From: Lingula anatina
Lineage: Eukaryota; Animalia; Brachiopoda
Direction of reading: 5' to 3'
Length of the DNA: 64,000 bases
NCBI GenBank assembly: GCA_051362555.1
Contig: CM120640.1
Location: forward strand, 58,320,788 to 58,384,787
Part shown: positions 22,401-37,900 of the stretch, one piece after another
Numbering within the stretch: position 1 is the stretch's first letter
Layout of the letters: each line of letters opens with the position of its first letter
Position numbers and translations under genes: made by a program
Notes under the pieces: generated by a model
What the model was told of the DNA's origin: nothing
The model's database searches: none
Seen by the model: the letters and a program-made list of their open reading frames with translations, nothing else

Positions 22401-25400
22401 GTTAAAGGCTTTTCTTATAAACAGTTAACCATGTTATATATTTGAAATCAGACATACTTCATATGCCAGTTAGTTGTAGCACTATTGTACGCATTTTAGT
22501 TTTTGAGTAAGAACCCATTCTGATAGACACATGTTACTAGTTGGGTTGATCCAACTCTGCAGGGGATTCTCGTTAAGTACAATCTGTGGAATCAGGTTAA
22601 TTGTCTGACATGCCTTCTTAAGCAGCTAGGGAGTAATTAACCCAAATAAATTTACCCCCTAGCTGCTAGAGGAGGCTTGGCATTCAATTAAGCCAATTGC
22701 ACTTAACGAGAGCCACCACAGAGTTGGACTGACCAAAATAGTGTCTGATGTGTCCACTGAATGCTCCCTACCATAACATCAGACACATTTTCATCTAACT
22801 GTTCAATTTTCTATTTGAAACAGACTGAAAGACCAAAGGGAATATCCAGCAGATGCTACAATCAAGGCACAGAAGCTTATCATCCGAGACTTTGTTGTTG
22901 GTACCTCTACAGCTGTTTATGGACATATAACTACACAGGGAACTATCATTGATGTAAGTTTACGCATGTAACTATGTCTGTGTATTAACTAAAATGAACA
23001 ATTAACTGAAAACATAATCCATGTTTTTTCTCCTATGAGATTTACCTCTGCTTGCTTTCTGTATTTTAAAAAGTGAGATTGATTTCTTGGTAAAGCTAAA
23101 CAGCAAAGGCAGAATAGAACTGCAGATGTGATACAGACATCTCTGAGAGTATATTTTAACAGCTTGTGGTTGTTTATCTGATCTCAGAACATTATAGACC
23201 AATGCATTTTAAAATGGAATGTAAGCTGTTGTGATAATAAAAAAGGACAAATTCAATAAGAGAAAGCACCATATTAAATTTGATGTTTGAGTGAAAATAA
23301 AAATGAACTTGTGAGTCAAGGATGAAATTTAATCAATGAGTCAGTTTTTTTAGAAACAAGTTATCTCACCAATGTAAATGATAATCTTCCGTATTGTTCC
23401 CAACCTACTGAGCACTGCATTACAAATTGACAAATGTCAGAAAATCAATGGGTTGGTCATTGTTTTGTGTGAGATGTTTTGACGGGACAGAAATCAGATG
23501 AACACGTGTCAGTAGTTTCTATATAGCTTTGTTTTTTTTTAGGTGATTCACCGTGATCATGATGCTTCTGTCCATGCTCTGGCTGCTCATCCTTTTAGGT
23601 AGGTATGATTCTAGTTATCACTCTGTGGAGAAAAAAAATTAATTCAGATGTCAGTGGTCATCAAGTTTAAGCACTTTCCTCTTTAGAAAGCACATAAGGA
23701 ATTACATTACTCTTTTGCACAAATTAAATTAAGAGTATGTAATGCTTATTGTTGATTTAGTATAAATCAATGAAAATCCATGAATTCCATAGGGCATACA
23801 AGAAAAGAATTCCTAACTCATGAGGGGCATTGTTAATTCTTACTTTCAAGTTTCAGACATTTGTAGTAATTAAAACACGGGGATAAAACTCATGAAGCAA
23901 CCGTCTTTTTTGATATTACCTAATATAATACTGCTTTACTTTCAGACCACAGATAGCCATGGGCAGTTATTCAGGTCTATTAAAGCTTTGGGACTATGAA
24001 AAAAGGTAATTATTTTATTACAATAATATTATTGAAAATAACAGACTCTATAATTATTTTTGCAATCACAAATTTCCTTGTGATTCTGCAATGAAGCCAG
24101 TTATAAAAATGATGAAAGAATGATTGACACTGCATGATTTATTACTACATGCTTGTTTGAAAAGATTAAGCTTTTTTAATTATTTGAGGTAGTGTTACAA
24201 ACCACACTTTTTATTCTAGAATTGTGATAGCTTCCCGGTACTTTGAGAGAGGAAACATGATCAGATGTTGTTCATTTGATCCTACAGGATCTTTTATAGG
24301 TAAGAAATTTCTTCTTTTCTCTTTTATTTTTTTACATACCAAGAAATATTGTTCAGTCAAGAATTTAATTATTTATTTTTATCTATTTAGTATATATATT
24401 TATTTCCAAATCAAAAGTAATTTTGAAAAAAAATACTTACGCCTTCTGTTTTGATGTTGCATGTGCATGCATTTGCTTTTACTGAAACTTACTAGAGTTA
24501 TATATTTGAAATCAGACTTACTTCAAATGCCAGTTAGTTGTAGCACTGTTATGTGCTTTTTTGTTTTTGAGTACACACCCATTCAGATAGACACATGGTA
24601 CTAGTAAAGGTGGTTTGATAATTTTTTCCATATTTTTTGATACTTTCTTAAAACATAATCTTTAAACTTTTGACATAATTATTAAAGCTGATCTTTAATC
24701 TTAATGTGAAGAAAAATTTAGGTTTATATTGATTGGTTTTTTGTTTGTTTGAGACTTGAATGTTTCCAGAGCCATGGTGATAAGTTTTATCACACAAATA
24801 TATAGATTTAACATAACAAAAGCCAGAGGAAATTCCTTTGGTTATGTTCATGTGTATTCAAGACAGAAAATGTAGTAAAATGCATGATATTTGGTGGGTG
24901 TCTCGTTCATAATTATGATTCTTTCATAGATACTGTTTGTTTCTGGTGATGTGTTAATGTGACACATTTTTATGTTTAAGTCTGTTACCATTGTATATGA
25001 TCTCTGTAGAAAGAGTTGGTAGTGTGCCATGTCCAGCAGGTAATCAAGAGCTACTGCCACAGACAAGTTTACCTTTTAACCTAAAGTCAAGAGGTTTCAG
25101 GTGTTATTCACTTGCACATTAACCCGAAGTTACAAAATTGGTATTGAAGTCACAGTTTAGAATTATATATAATGATATTCAATATACATATATAAATGTC
25201 AATAGAATTATATGACTGAAATACTGAAAACACCATAATATGATATTTAGTCACTTGCTTAGTTATGCATTATATCTTATCAGGATTTCCAATAACAATT
25301 AAATGAACAAGGCTTTCATATGAAAGAAACCGGCTTTAAATGCTATATACATATATGTAGGTATATGAATTTTTATTAAGGACAAAATTATAAATGACAA

Positions 25401-28400
25401 GTATATGCTGTGATAAATGAGTTGCATTGGTGTAATCACCAAGATCAGCCAAGCCCCCAGCAGATCTGGCATCCTGTAGACACTCAGCATCAACTCATTT
25501 TTTCAGTTTAATTAAATGTCAAAACCATCAAAGGGAATCTCTCTGGTTTTCTGAAAGGGATAATTCAGCTATCCCTCATGCTTAAAACCCTGCACTTATA
25601 ATTTAAACTCTAAAAACTGCTCTGATGTTAAAAGGGCCCTTGTAACTCCCATTGAAAATAAGCTTAGGTGACAAAAATCTTTCCCACAACCATGTTTTGG
25701 TCATGAATATCTATATAAACACTTATCAATAACATAAAAAAAAAACATTGCTAAATGCAACCAGATGTTGTTCATCTAAAGTAATGTTATCCTAATGTTG
25801 AGTTCATTTGGGTTGTGTTGCAATATTCCTCGAAAGCAATTTATAATGGAAGCATTTTTCAAATCAATGAAATAATCCATTAGTGATTGCAATTACTACC
25901 AATAATAACGGTAACTAGTATCAGGAAATGCATGACATATCCATTATGTTTTTCTGTGCCATCTTCCTTGACATAGATTAGATTGATTAAATGAAAGGTA
26001 TCTGGTTCATCTAAGTACAATTTGTTTCATGTATCAGCAGTGGTTTAATATGTTTATTCTTATTGTTAAGAAATAGAGCATATTTAAACTTTTTTGTTTT
26101 ACCTTTTAAGCTGTGGGTTTCATGAATGGAGCAGTTAATGTGGTGAATGCATTTGATTTACAAGATGAGTGCAGTGAGCCTTTCCGCTATGCCAGAGATG
26201 TCATTACACACTGTGCTTTCTCTCATGATTCTCAGTATTTGGCAACTGCAGTAAGTACTATGTATTCTCTGTGCATGATACAGCTACTCAGTTGTAAAAT
26301 TATGTACAGTGTGTAATTTTTTTTCTTATCATTTTTCATTTGATCATTTGTCTTTTTGTTAGCAGGATATTTAATAGTGATTGAAGCAATTTTGTCTAAA
26401 GCACTTTAAATTGTGATGATGAACTGTTTAATAATTCAAGAGTTTTCCATTAATTTTCTTCAAAACTAAAATTTATCAATATCTTAAATAATTTATTTTC
26501 TGCTTGCTCAAGTGCACTGTTAGGATATTGTTTGCAAGCTCATACAGGGTTATGTTTCAATTTAAATAAGTACAGTTGTAATCAAGTAGATTTTTCTCTT
26601 ACACCAACACTTGATGCTTTTAACAAAATCTACAAAGTCAAAAGTATCTGCGTTTACATGTTCTTTTCACTACAAATGGTCAACAAATATTAGAGACCAA
26701 TACCCCCTAATGTAAGACTGCATCTGTGCTCTAGGATGGGGAGTGCACTGTGTCAGTATTCAAAGCACAGCACACAGATGGAGAAGAACCTTGGATCTAC
26801 TTAGGCAGACATCGAGCTCATTACAAGCTCATCAAAGACTTGATATTTGGAGTCCAGTTAGATTCCAATCTACCTAGGCTTATGTCCTTGGGAGCAGACA
26901 GAGTGCTTGTAAGTACAAATACATAAGCTCAGGATGAAGACCATGTTATTGGAATTGGTGTGATTGCTTGGTCATACATTAAACTCACCAATATTTTATG
27001 ACTTGAGCTCACTACTCATTAAGTATTTATGTTGTAATATTATTGGATGCTTAATGAGCCTTGTTTTCTTTTTATTGAGTTTCGCCATATGTAATTGAAT
27101 ATTTGATTAAAAAGAGTATAATAATGCGACAGTCTAAAGTTTGGCAAAAACCTGCTCACTTCACCTACGAGTATGATACCCACCAGCTGTAAATGACATC
27201 AATTTGAACCATCCACTACAGTGTCTTTTCACAGTACAATGACAGTCAGTATTGGTTCTAACCTTTTTGCATCATGACTACCATTATATTTTTGATAATT
27301 GCTGTCGAAAAGTGTGAAAAAAAGTAAAAGTCTAAAAAATCTAAAAGTGGATCTAAAAATTCAAATGTAAAGTCTAAAATAGTACATAAACATTTACACC
27401 TAAACAAATGGTTAAAAAGTGAAGGTCAATTCAGACATGTTCTTCTTCTCCCAGGTGGAATATGACTTGCAGAATAGTGGCAAGGATGACCTGCGTGTAA
27501 TGGAGTCTGACAGGATAGAACAGAGTGCCCAGCCACTGTGTCTCACGTGGTATCCAGCTCTCAAGAAAGAACACTTCATTCTCACAGTAAATGACCAGGT
27601 AAGGCACAGTATAAATTTGATAGTGAAATTTAGATGTATATTGAATTTTTTGTTTTATTTTATTTTTTTGAATGATTGTGAACTATCAGTATTGTAAACC
27701 AAAGCCAAAAACTTATTACTGTGTAGATATTTATGTAATCAGTGAGGATGGAAAAGATAAATGATTTAAATTTCAAAAATAATCTCAGGCATACATTTGG
27801 AATGTGAGTCAGAATACGAAGTATCTTGTATACATGGTAATAAAGCTTTTCAGATATGTTTATTGCCAACTGTACTACAAATAAGCTTTTCAAAGATTCG
27901 GAACTTGTTAATTTTTTTGTTCTTCGTTGATTTTGTTAAATAAAACTGCAGTTAAATCAAGCACTGAAGCAATATAGTATTAGCTCAAACAGAAAATCAC
28001 AAGTTGTATTCTAGTCTCACCACTGACAATGATGTATTGACATTGTCTTTGTTTTGTTTAGTGAAACAGAGTTACAAATTTGATTAGGTCTTGCAAGAAT
28101 TATGACTGTCCATGTTATGAGAGTTAATAATGTCTCTAGCGGCAGATTCCAAATCCATGAGGATGGACGGTATTTCATTATAAAACTGACACCATTTGAT
28201 CGGTTCATTTCCTAATTGTGCAGCAGTTGTTGAACAAACAAAGCAGTGAAGCGTTACAATATTGGTACCAGCAGCATTTAAAATTGATAGATCACACAAT
28301 GGTGAATAATTTAGCTTTTTTTACATTGAGCAGGTGACATAGTGATTTTTAAACCTCATGCAGTTATTATACATTGTTTTCTTTGTATGACAAGTTATCA

Positions 28401-28883
28401 TCAGTGTACCCAATAAAATGTGGTATTGTTGTTGTTTTAGATCTATAGTATAAATATGATGGATAAGAAATAAAAATTGTACAGTATCATATCATTAAAA
28501 GTTAAATGTTATCCATTTTGGAAAAGTAATTCCATATAGCAGTGTTGTTTGGTAAATGAAAGATTTAAAGTGTTGTAACCAAGGTGGTGTTTTATCTCTG
28601 TTGTAAAGACACAGCTGTCAAAAATGAAAAGTTAGCTAATTAGTTTTCTGTTGAAAGCAAGTCCATATGTCATGCTTGTATTCATGTATCAGACATGTGC
28701 ATTTATTGAAAAAAGTGATAGTGAAACACGCTTTCTTTGCAGTACAAATTCAAGCTGTATAATTCCACCACCAAAATGTGCAGGAAAACCCTTTTGGGGC
28801 CAACATATGGGTCTCCAATCCAAAAGTGAGTATACAAAAAAAAAAAAGTTAAATGTTTGCAAGTGCACGCGTGCACACACACA

Positions 28884-28914
<31 letters not shown>

Positions 28915-31900
28915 TTAAGTCCCACAGAGGTTTATTCAGAATATTTTATAGCCCTAGTCTTATTCACATTGCCGATAAGTTTGGCCATTCTTAGCTGCAG
29001 GCCTCCTAATTAAGTTGAGTACCACTGGTAGCAGGTGTATTCCTATTGCTTTCTGAGTTAGTTTCGTTCTGTGCTTAGCAGCAAGGATGACAAGTAGATG
29101 GAAGAAAGGATTACTTTTGCTACCTTTGGTGACCTTAGCTTAATCGTGGCTTAATCAGGCTGCCCACAATGAAGGATGATGCTGAGAAGAGTCACCCTGT
29201 CTGCAATACAAATGTAACTTCAGATTTAAAAAAGCAAATACTTTGAGCAACTGTATCACTTGCTCATTAACAGGGCAGTATCTTAATAATACCAGTGCTG
29301 CTTAAGTACTGCAAGTGCCTGAGCATTACTGGTGTTCTGCCTGTGTAACAATTTTATGAACAACCCACAGATATTTTGCTCAACACTACTGATACAGTTC
29401 ATGATTCTGAGCATTTTTACAGGTTTCCACACAGCGACAAGTTTTCTTATAGAGTGACCTTGCATCCAGGTTTTCATGTCTCGTTTTCACAATGCACTGA
29501 ATCAAAATCATGTACATTTGTCCAGCAATCTTCCTTTCAATTAGTTTGCATTGAAGTCTACTCTTCATCAAAAACTCTTATTATAATTTGATGATTGTAA
29601 CATTAATTTGGAAAATTAACACTTATAAAAACTCAAATATACTTTATTTTTTCCTTCAATCTAGGAAACAAAATCTAGTAAAAATCATGCCAAGATTCCT
29701 CTCTAGCTGAGTCAGAAACCTGTAGTTGTGCATGGAAACACAAAATGTAAACGTGGTGTTGTGAATATTGGTGGGTTGTGTGAGACTTGTGAGATGTATG
29801 AAAACAGCAGTAAAACTAAAACTTAAACAGAAGGTAGTTAAGGAGTCCTAAATGTAATACCTTTATGTTATTTCTGTTTTTCAGGATAGCAATCATCCCC
29901 ACTCCAGACCCAGATAACAGCAAGAGATACCTTGCTTACATCAATGATGACAAGGTGGGACTCCATATGCTGCCTCTGGATGGTAATCCACACAATGCCA
30001 TGGCTCTGGTAGCACATCCTACAGGGGTAAGTACAATCTTACTAAACATTAGTAATACTAAGTGATTTCACTTTAAGTGAAAAAAAATGGTGGAATGATA
30101 TCACGTTTAAGTGGATTGGCTTGAAACAGCATCAAAAGGGATAATAATTCTTCGTATGAGATCTATATTTCACAATAAAAGCATTGTGAACAACTCATGG
30201 AAATTTAATATATTCTGTTGTACCACAAAAAACAGCAGTTATAGCTACTATTCTGATATCTGAGCTTGTCTTTAGACCACGTGACCTCCATTGATGGCTA
30301 TACCCTATACTCTTAAGAGATTATAACAAAAAACAAACTTTTTAGAAAAAAAACAGGGACTAACTTTGAATGTAAAAATGGATTCATTAACCATTGGAGT
30401 ATGGGAAAATTATTGTTTACTCCAGGAAAATTCATTTTTTGGTCAAAACAAAAAGTTATTATCCCTTTAAGAACATAAAGAAAAACAACAATATTGCTGG
30501 TGGCATATTAAAAAAAGAGAGAAATGCACATATGAGCATTTGCAAATAAGCTGCAGTATTATTACCTGGGTTTTGAATAGCTGGCTCATCCAATCAGGGA
30601 AATTGATTTTTAACAACAGGAAGTGCTATGTTGCAGTTTGCTGTCATCTAAAAGCTGGTGACAAAAGCAAATTGCAGACTTTGGGATTTTGTTCAGTGAT
30701 AGACTTATCATAAGGCTAATGGATCCACATGGGACCTGGGGATCCTGAATTTTTAATAAAAACACCCTTAAAATTATTTGTTAGCTTTCCATCTCTTTCT
30801 TGCAACCTAAGCTTCTTTCTTTCTCTCTCTCTCTCTCTCTCTCTCCCCCCCCCCCCTCCACCCCTTGAATTTGTTGTTGTATTAATGCAGTTCAACTCAC
30901 TTCGAAATCAGTGCCTCCTCTCACAGGTCCATGGAGCCCCAAGAGTTTTGTGGAAGAGATATCTAAGGTCAAGTGGGGAGGCATATTTCTATCAGATCAA
31001 TAGTAATCAGCACTTATGCCCACTTCTTGCACATTTATAGGAAAGAATTCAAATGCTCTATGACATATGCTCCACTACTGTATGTTTACCCACTCAACTG
31101 CCAACATGTATAAGTGTGTCTGCCAGGTGACTGGTTTGACTGTGCTGTTAGTATCTTCTACTGTGTTCATTTATTGGTTTTATACCCAGTAAACTTGCCA
31201 ATTAATGGCACGCTTTATAGGTAAAAATTGTTAATCTAAAAGAACAGTTCTCAGTGTGAATAAAAACAGCTAGGGGTTTGTTTAAAGACAGGGCATTGAC
31301 TGGTATATGTACCATAGTTGTTGGACAGAACTGGTCCACTGTGAGCAGCATGATCTTCATAAAACCATAGGATGAAATGCACCTTTCCTGTCAGCTCAGG
31401 ATACAGTGGAACTGCCTGTGGGTCACGGTTGTATTCATCAGTGCTGATCACTGTGAATTACCGTTTTGTGATTTCAGGTTGCTAACCTGGCCTGCAGTTA
31501 TGATGGTAAATATGTGTTCACTGCTGGAGGGCCAGACTGCACTGTACACATGTGGCAACTCAATGTGCTGTAAGTATGGATTTATTATATGGCTTTATTG
31601 GGATTCTGGTCTCAGCTTGTGATTTAGATGAACCAGCCAACTGCTGTTTTTTTTTTTTTTTTCTATAAGGATTTGCATTTTAACTTATGGTGGAATTTTT
31701 GATTAAATATAAATACAGAATCTTTGGTTTGAACAAGATTTTATCATATGCTTTGACAATTAATACTTAGTCTGGCAAAACTTGAAAGGAGCTGTCAGTC
31801 ATGGAGAAAAAATTTTGGACCTCAAATATTAATTGCCATTTTATGAATACAGAGCACTTGAGGCACAGTCAAAGATGGGAGGTGAGGACCTGATACCTTT

Positions 31901-34900
31901 CTATGGTCTGCTGGATGGAGGTCGAGATGGTGAGCTGTTTGCAGAACTGGAGAATTATTTTTATTATGCTCAAATAAGAAGGTAAGAACATCTAAAAGAA
32001 TATTACACTGAGAGCTTGTCAATGAAATGTTGTTTACTTTTTTTCTTAAGCTTCTAAATAAGTTTTAAAGGCATTCTAGTCAAAGTTTCTAAATAAGTTT
32101 TTGAAGGCATTCTAGTCAAAATAGGCCACTATATAAAGAAATATAAATTGCCTGAAAATTTCACCAATTTCAACTTGAACACCAAGATATAATATAAATA
32201 AATCTATTCTTCGAGCACTATAAACCCTAAAGTTTTGTATAAGAATCTTTTAATCTTTTACATATCTAAAACAAACTTTCATGTCATCAGAACTATTAAA
32301 GGGTTTACATAACAAATGATGTCCAAATAACAATACCATGCAGTGTCTACAGATGATGTTAGGCATGTTGTTGAAATAGAGGTTTTTGAAATTTTCAGAA
32401 AAAATATTATGTCTATATTATTGTAATTTTCAGAAAAAATATTTTGTTTATCTTACTGTTATTCTTAGGTATCCCCACTTTATTCTTTGTCTTCAATTTT
32501 TTTACATTTATGTCTGTGTTTACTTTTTATTTTTGGAAAAGTTGGTTACATAGTCTGCATCTGCAAAAGAGCTCCCATCACAAATTCTGTTCCTTTATCA
32601 AAGGTGAAGAAATCGAGAGAAAATAAGAATGAAAGATTGGGTTAAACCAGGTGTACTTAGAGTAATTATTTGGTCCCTGTACTTTGAAGAGCATATGAAC
32701 TGGTGGTTGTTAACCTCCTGTGGTTGCCCTATTGATCTGAGCCCCTCTAGAGAGTATACAGAAACCATGGCTGAAATTAGAATTGGATCTTGGAAATAAA
32801 ATATTGGCACTGCACTGGCAGAATTCTGGGCACACTTGTACTACTGAGCAATTGATCTGGCTGGTAGAGTGGGTGTATAACATTGCAAAACATTAACTCT
32901 TGATTTTGTGAAAATTATTTGCTTGTAATAGGCTGTTTGATAGTTGACTTGATTGACTATCTTGAAATTTTGTATATACTGAGTTGTGTACTTGACCTAA
33001 GACCCAAGTTATTTATTATGATATTTAATTTTTTGTACATTTTATCAACAACCAAAGCACATTTCGGCAAGATACATGTATATATTGTTTTCAATAAAAG
33101 GTAAATATCCTGAAAAGAACAGTGTTGAGTATAGAAGCTTATCTTTAAATTTTACTGTTGACATAAGGGTTCGAATCTATGTGGAGAATTTAATCGGTCT
33201 TGGCATATGGAAGCATTCCATTACTTGTAAGAAAAGTGCTTTATGCATAAATGTTTTATTTTACAGTCAAGGTGTGAATACTATGGACACTAGAGCTGTT
33301 TCTGTGAAGATTCCATTATCTGAGGTGCCATATGTCATGATGGCCATGGGATTTTATCCATCTCAGCAAGAGGTAGGTCTCATTTGATGGGAGATAATAC
33401 AACATGTTGATGCATTTTTGTACAAAGTCGGTCTTTGCTCTGTAGATGTGAAAAAGTCAACCAGTGTGGGTGAATAAAATAATGTGAAACTTATTTTTTA
33501 CTTAAGCAATGGTAAAATCAATATAAAACACAAAAATAGAACCTTTTTGATAGTGCCCCAAAATAACTTGAATAACCACATATTAAAAGCATGTAAGTTT
33601 TTCTAGTATCTTATCTCTCAAGTCTGTGCTAAACCTGGTTCAGCAGTAATTGCAGGTCTTCACAATACATTTATCAGCTATCTGATCTATTGCCAGGCTT
33701 AAAAAAATCTTAACCCTCTTACTCTGGCTGCGTAATGCTTGACATGGCGACTCACTGTCCACACTTCTGGTAATGCAGTTACAGACCTTCTAAATTATTA
33801 GTTTAGATGTGGTCTGAAAGGAATGGCATTGTAGAAGGATGCTTGTTTTGCTCTGTGGAAATTTATCAAAGAACTTGCAGCTGTGATTAAATTTGCTCCT
33901 GATGTGGGTTAAAGTGCATTTGAGTCAAATGTATTTCTGTTCAAATTGGTATGACAATTTCTAAGTACTCTGTACATAACAGAGTCTGGGATTTATGCCA
34001 TATAATCCCATAATTAGATTTGTTAATGACTCCACAGATTGTGTTGACCAGGTCAGCAGGTTAAGATCAATCATCAGAACACATGCATCTTGTGTCTAGT
34101 GATATATTTTAATTTCAAAATTCCACTTTTTTATTTAAAGATGATTTTCAAATGTAGAAAAACATATGTAAGTTATGTGCTTGGACATGTGGAGATTACA
34201 CAGCTTATGGGAAACAGCAACAGCAGATGTCTACCGGTATATTTAATTACTGCTTATACCTCAGTTGAGTTTGTGTTGTTAACCCCCCTCCTTTTTTTGG
34301 TATTCATTACTACATGTATTATTAATGATTGTACAAAAGATATAAAACAGTAAATAGCAAAAACATTGAATATTTTACATAAAATGGTATATTACACGGC
34401 AATGCATCATATATATTTCCAGATTCAAGACATGTTGAATGAAGTGAAATACAGTGAATATGTTGAAACAGGGAAATATGTGGAGGAGATTGATCTAGGA
34501 GAGTTTATAAGATGTAAGTAATCAGTGGTTCATTTTTTGGATTGTAAATGTACAAGACATGCTTTATGTGTGACTGGTGTTCATGTTTATAAAGGCGACT
34601 GTAATATCATAATTTCTTGGCACAGCTTCTGTTGGTCACGGGTGTTTGGTGGAGTATGTCCGTTTCAAATATACAGGAGGGGGGAGTTCAGATTTTAACT
34701 GCTGGGGAAAATCTGTTGTATCTGTTATCATGGGTCAGGTGAAAACATCAGTGACCAGCAAAAGTCCTTATGAGGAGGACACAAACATAGTCATTATCTT
34801 CATAGACATTGACTTTGAGAGTCCAGTTGTAGATTCAAATATTGTAAAAAAATAAACTGTCTATATATATACCTAACAATGGATTAATATTGATACATGT

Positions 34901-37900
34901 TTTAGTCCATGTAACCACAAATTTTTACATTTGATTGTTATTTTATACATAAAACACTTTTTGATTTATTATAAGAAGAGATTGTTTTCCTCATATATAA
35001 ATTGCAGTCTGATGATTAACATGCATTTCTGTCCAGAAATATACATATATCAATAATTTACTAAATCTGTACTTAATTTTCAAATGTCAGTTTAATAATT
35101 CATCTAGATACAAGGTGTAAAATGAGACATTCCAAGTAAAAAAACAGGTTCACAATGTTATGAAATTCCTAAAAGCTGCATTTTGACAGCAATTTGATAA
35201 TAGGTATATAATTTGGTAAGGCAAAAAACCCCAATTCTCTATTGCCATCACTGTAATATGGTCAATCAAAAGTGATTATGTTAGACAACTGATTTATGCC
35301 ATGAAGTACAACATATGCCTGCAGCTATGTCTGCAAGATGGTTGGTTTTTACCAAATCTAGCACTAAATATGATACTGTTGTGTCAGTCTGTGAATGGGA
35401 AATAAACATTAGTGAGCTTAGTGGAAGCCAGCCATCTTGATAAGTATAACTTAGTGATATTGATCTCATGTTTGGAAGGAGGAGGAGGAGGAGGGATAAA
35501 TGGAATAAGATCTTGGAGGATATACAGTTGGAACTAAAAGGTTGTAGAAATAACACACCTTGTTAATGTTAATCTGATAATTTGATTAGGTGAAACATTG
35601 GATATGTTGTTGTTTTTTCACACAGTTGAAGGTGTAGATATTTTCAGTATATTCACAATTTTCCAAATGTGGAAAAAATAAGGAAAATGCTTTTTTATTT
35701 CCCATGAAGAAATCTATTAATTTTTTACATTTGATTGATTTTCTATGTTGCAGTGTATATTAACCATCGACCAGCTTTTGGATTGTCTCCTGAAAGACTG
35801 GCTGCAGCATTTGAGACCCTGGGGCTGCCCACAGAACAAGGCTATGCCATTGACAGGGGAGAGCTTTTAGATCTACTGCAAAGCAAAGGTAAATATTTTT
35901 GTTTTTGCAATTTGGTCTTTTAACTTAAGTGTTTGACATTTGATACAATTTATGTGTTTGTTTGGTTGTTCAACAGACTGTTATTTCTTCCATTTAATCC
36001 CAGATTCTTCCAAAAAGTTCAGCCTTATTTTAGCTTTCACCAAACCAAAAAGCTCTTGGAAAGTCACGCAAGGGTCAAAACTTTTTTATTACACCATGTG
36101 TATTGCATAACAGGTTTGGATTGGCATGAATCAATCTTGAGGCATGTGTGGTGTTAACTTATTTCTTTAGAGCTTGTGACATTCATTACACTTGAATAGT
36201 TTAACTTCAGTACCTCCACCAAAGAAGTTATATTTTGCATTTGTTGATTTGTTAGTTAACAGCCTAACTCGATATTTTATGAACAGAGTTTGAAAAAATT
36301 TTCAGGTAATTAAGAAATGGGCTGACATAAAATTGATTAGTTATTGGTTCTGAACTTCTGATCCTTTAATTGCTTAGTTAATTAATTAATTAAAATGATA
36401 ACTGAGCTGCCTTGGCAGAGTTCTGCATTTCCTGAGTGATTTTCTTGTAGGCAAAACAGAGGCTGCCTAAGAATGCAGAATATTAACTGTTGAATACTAA
36501 AAAAATAATCTTTGGGAAAAATATAACCACCTTGAGCTGAACTACAAATTAATTGTCAGCAATGGTGTAATTACTTCCTAATTTAGATAAAAGGTGAATA
36601 CATTTTTCTCTGTAAATACTCATTTCCTTGTAGTGCTTACCAATCTGTTTCAGTATATTGTTATCCTGTTACTGAAATCCTGAGAGTATTGATTGATTGC
36701 AATCAGACTTCAGGGGTTATCTTAAGAGTAATCCCCGTAAAGACTTGAGGTACTGGAATACTGACAAGGGCAATGTGCTTGGTCAGTGGCAATCACTTAA
36801 TTACCATACTAACTTAGATATTTTATATGCAATTGGCAACCAAAAGACTGATAGAATTTAATTATGCTTTTCCTTCTCATAAATAGCTATATCTACATAC
36901 AATTGAATCATAGTACATGGCTTCTTTCTCAGTTGAATAGTATATTAATTTTGTTATGTTGTCGGTTCCTCTCTGTGGCAGATATTGTTATTACCATACT
37001 CAGCTGGAAATTGCAGTACTTGGCACAAGGGCCTTAAGGCAGGAATGCCAGTCAAAGCACATAAAAACTACAATGAATTGAAAAGCCTATTTGTTACACA
37101 TAATGTCATCCATAGTAGTCCAGATAAGTGTCATACAGGTCAATTTAGGAAGATAACTAAAATATGAGTCAACATTATCATCACAGTCAAGCTCTTGATA
37201 GTTTAATTGATAATCCCACCCACTTAAAAATACAACTAGCTTTAGTGCATACAGTCCATCAGCAAAGAGATAATCATTAAACCATATGTGAATCCAGTAG
37301 GTGAATTCCGTTCTTCCATAATTCAATTGCCAGTGGCATACGGCATTACTCTGCTATCTTTGCTGCGCAACCTGGAGGGCTTGACTGCTCACTGGGGCAC
37401 ACAGTGGCAGTCTATGTAGAGTGTCTCCATCTAGTGGGAGAATATCCTTAACTGCCAACAAATTACAAATTATAAGTCCTTGTCTTACTCTTGACAGTCA
37501 GAGTCATGTAACTGACTTTGAAAATTTATCATTTTCAGCCTAAGCTATGTTGAAATAAAACTCCTCAACTCTGCCAAATTGGAACCATTTTGGTATTCAC
37601 TACTGTTGATGTTGATAAAGAGACCCTTGACATGTAACTCAAAGTGATCAAAAAGTTTGTAATTTGATCCTGAAATCCACCCTCTTCATCTGTTGATCTG
37701 GGACCAGCAGTAGGTGGGATGTCATGGTAATAAAGGAACTTTGCATGTCACTGGGTGCCTGTACGGTAATCACACATAGTTCTGTGTGGCAGTTGTTATG
37801 GTTGCAAAGGGTTAATGTTTCCCTGATTGATGTTTCCCTTTTCAAGAGGAAATGTCATGAACCTGTTAAGAGCTGTCCTGATATAACTTGCATGTTTTGT

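Noticed and set aside
29283-29591. Cluster of short ORFs; GHSIRKL faintly like a CR1/L2 LINE 3' end
   Set aside because: No other reverse-transcriptase-tail motifs or terminal repeat; similarity too weak.
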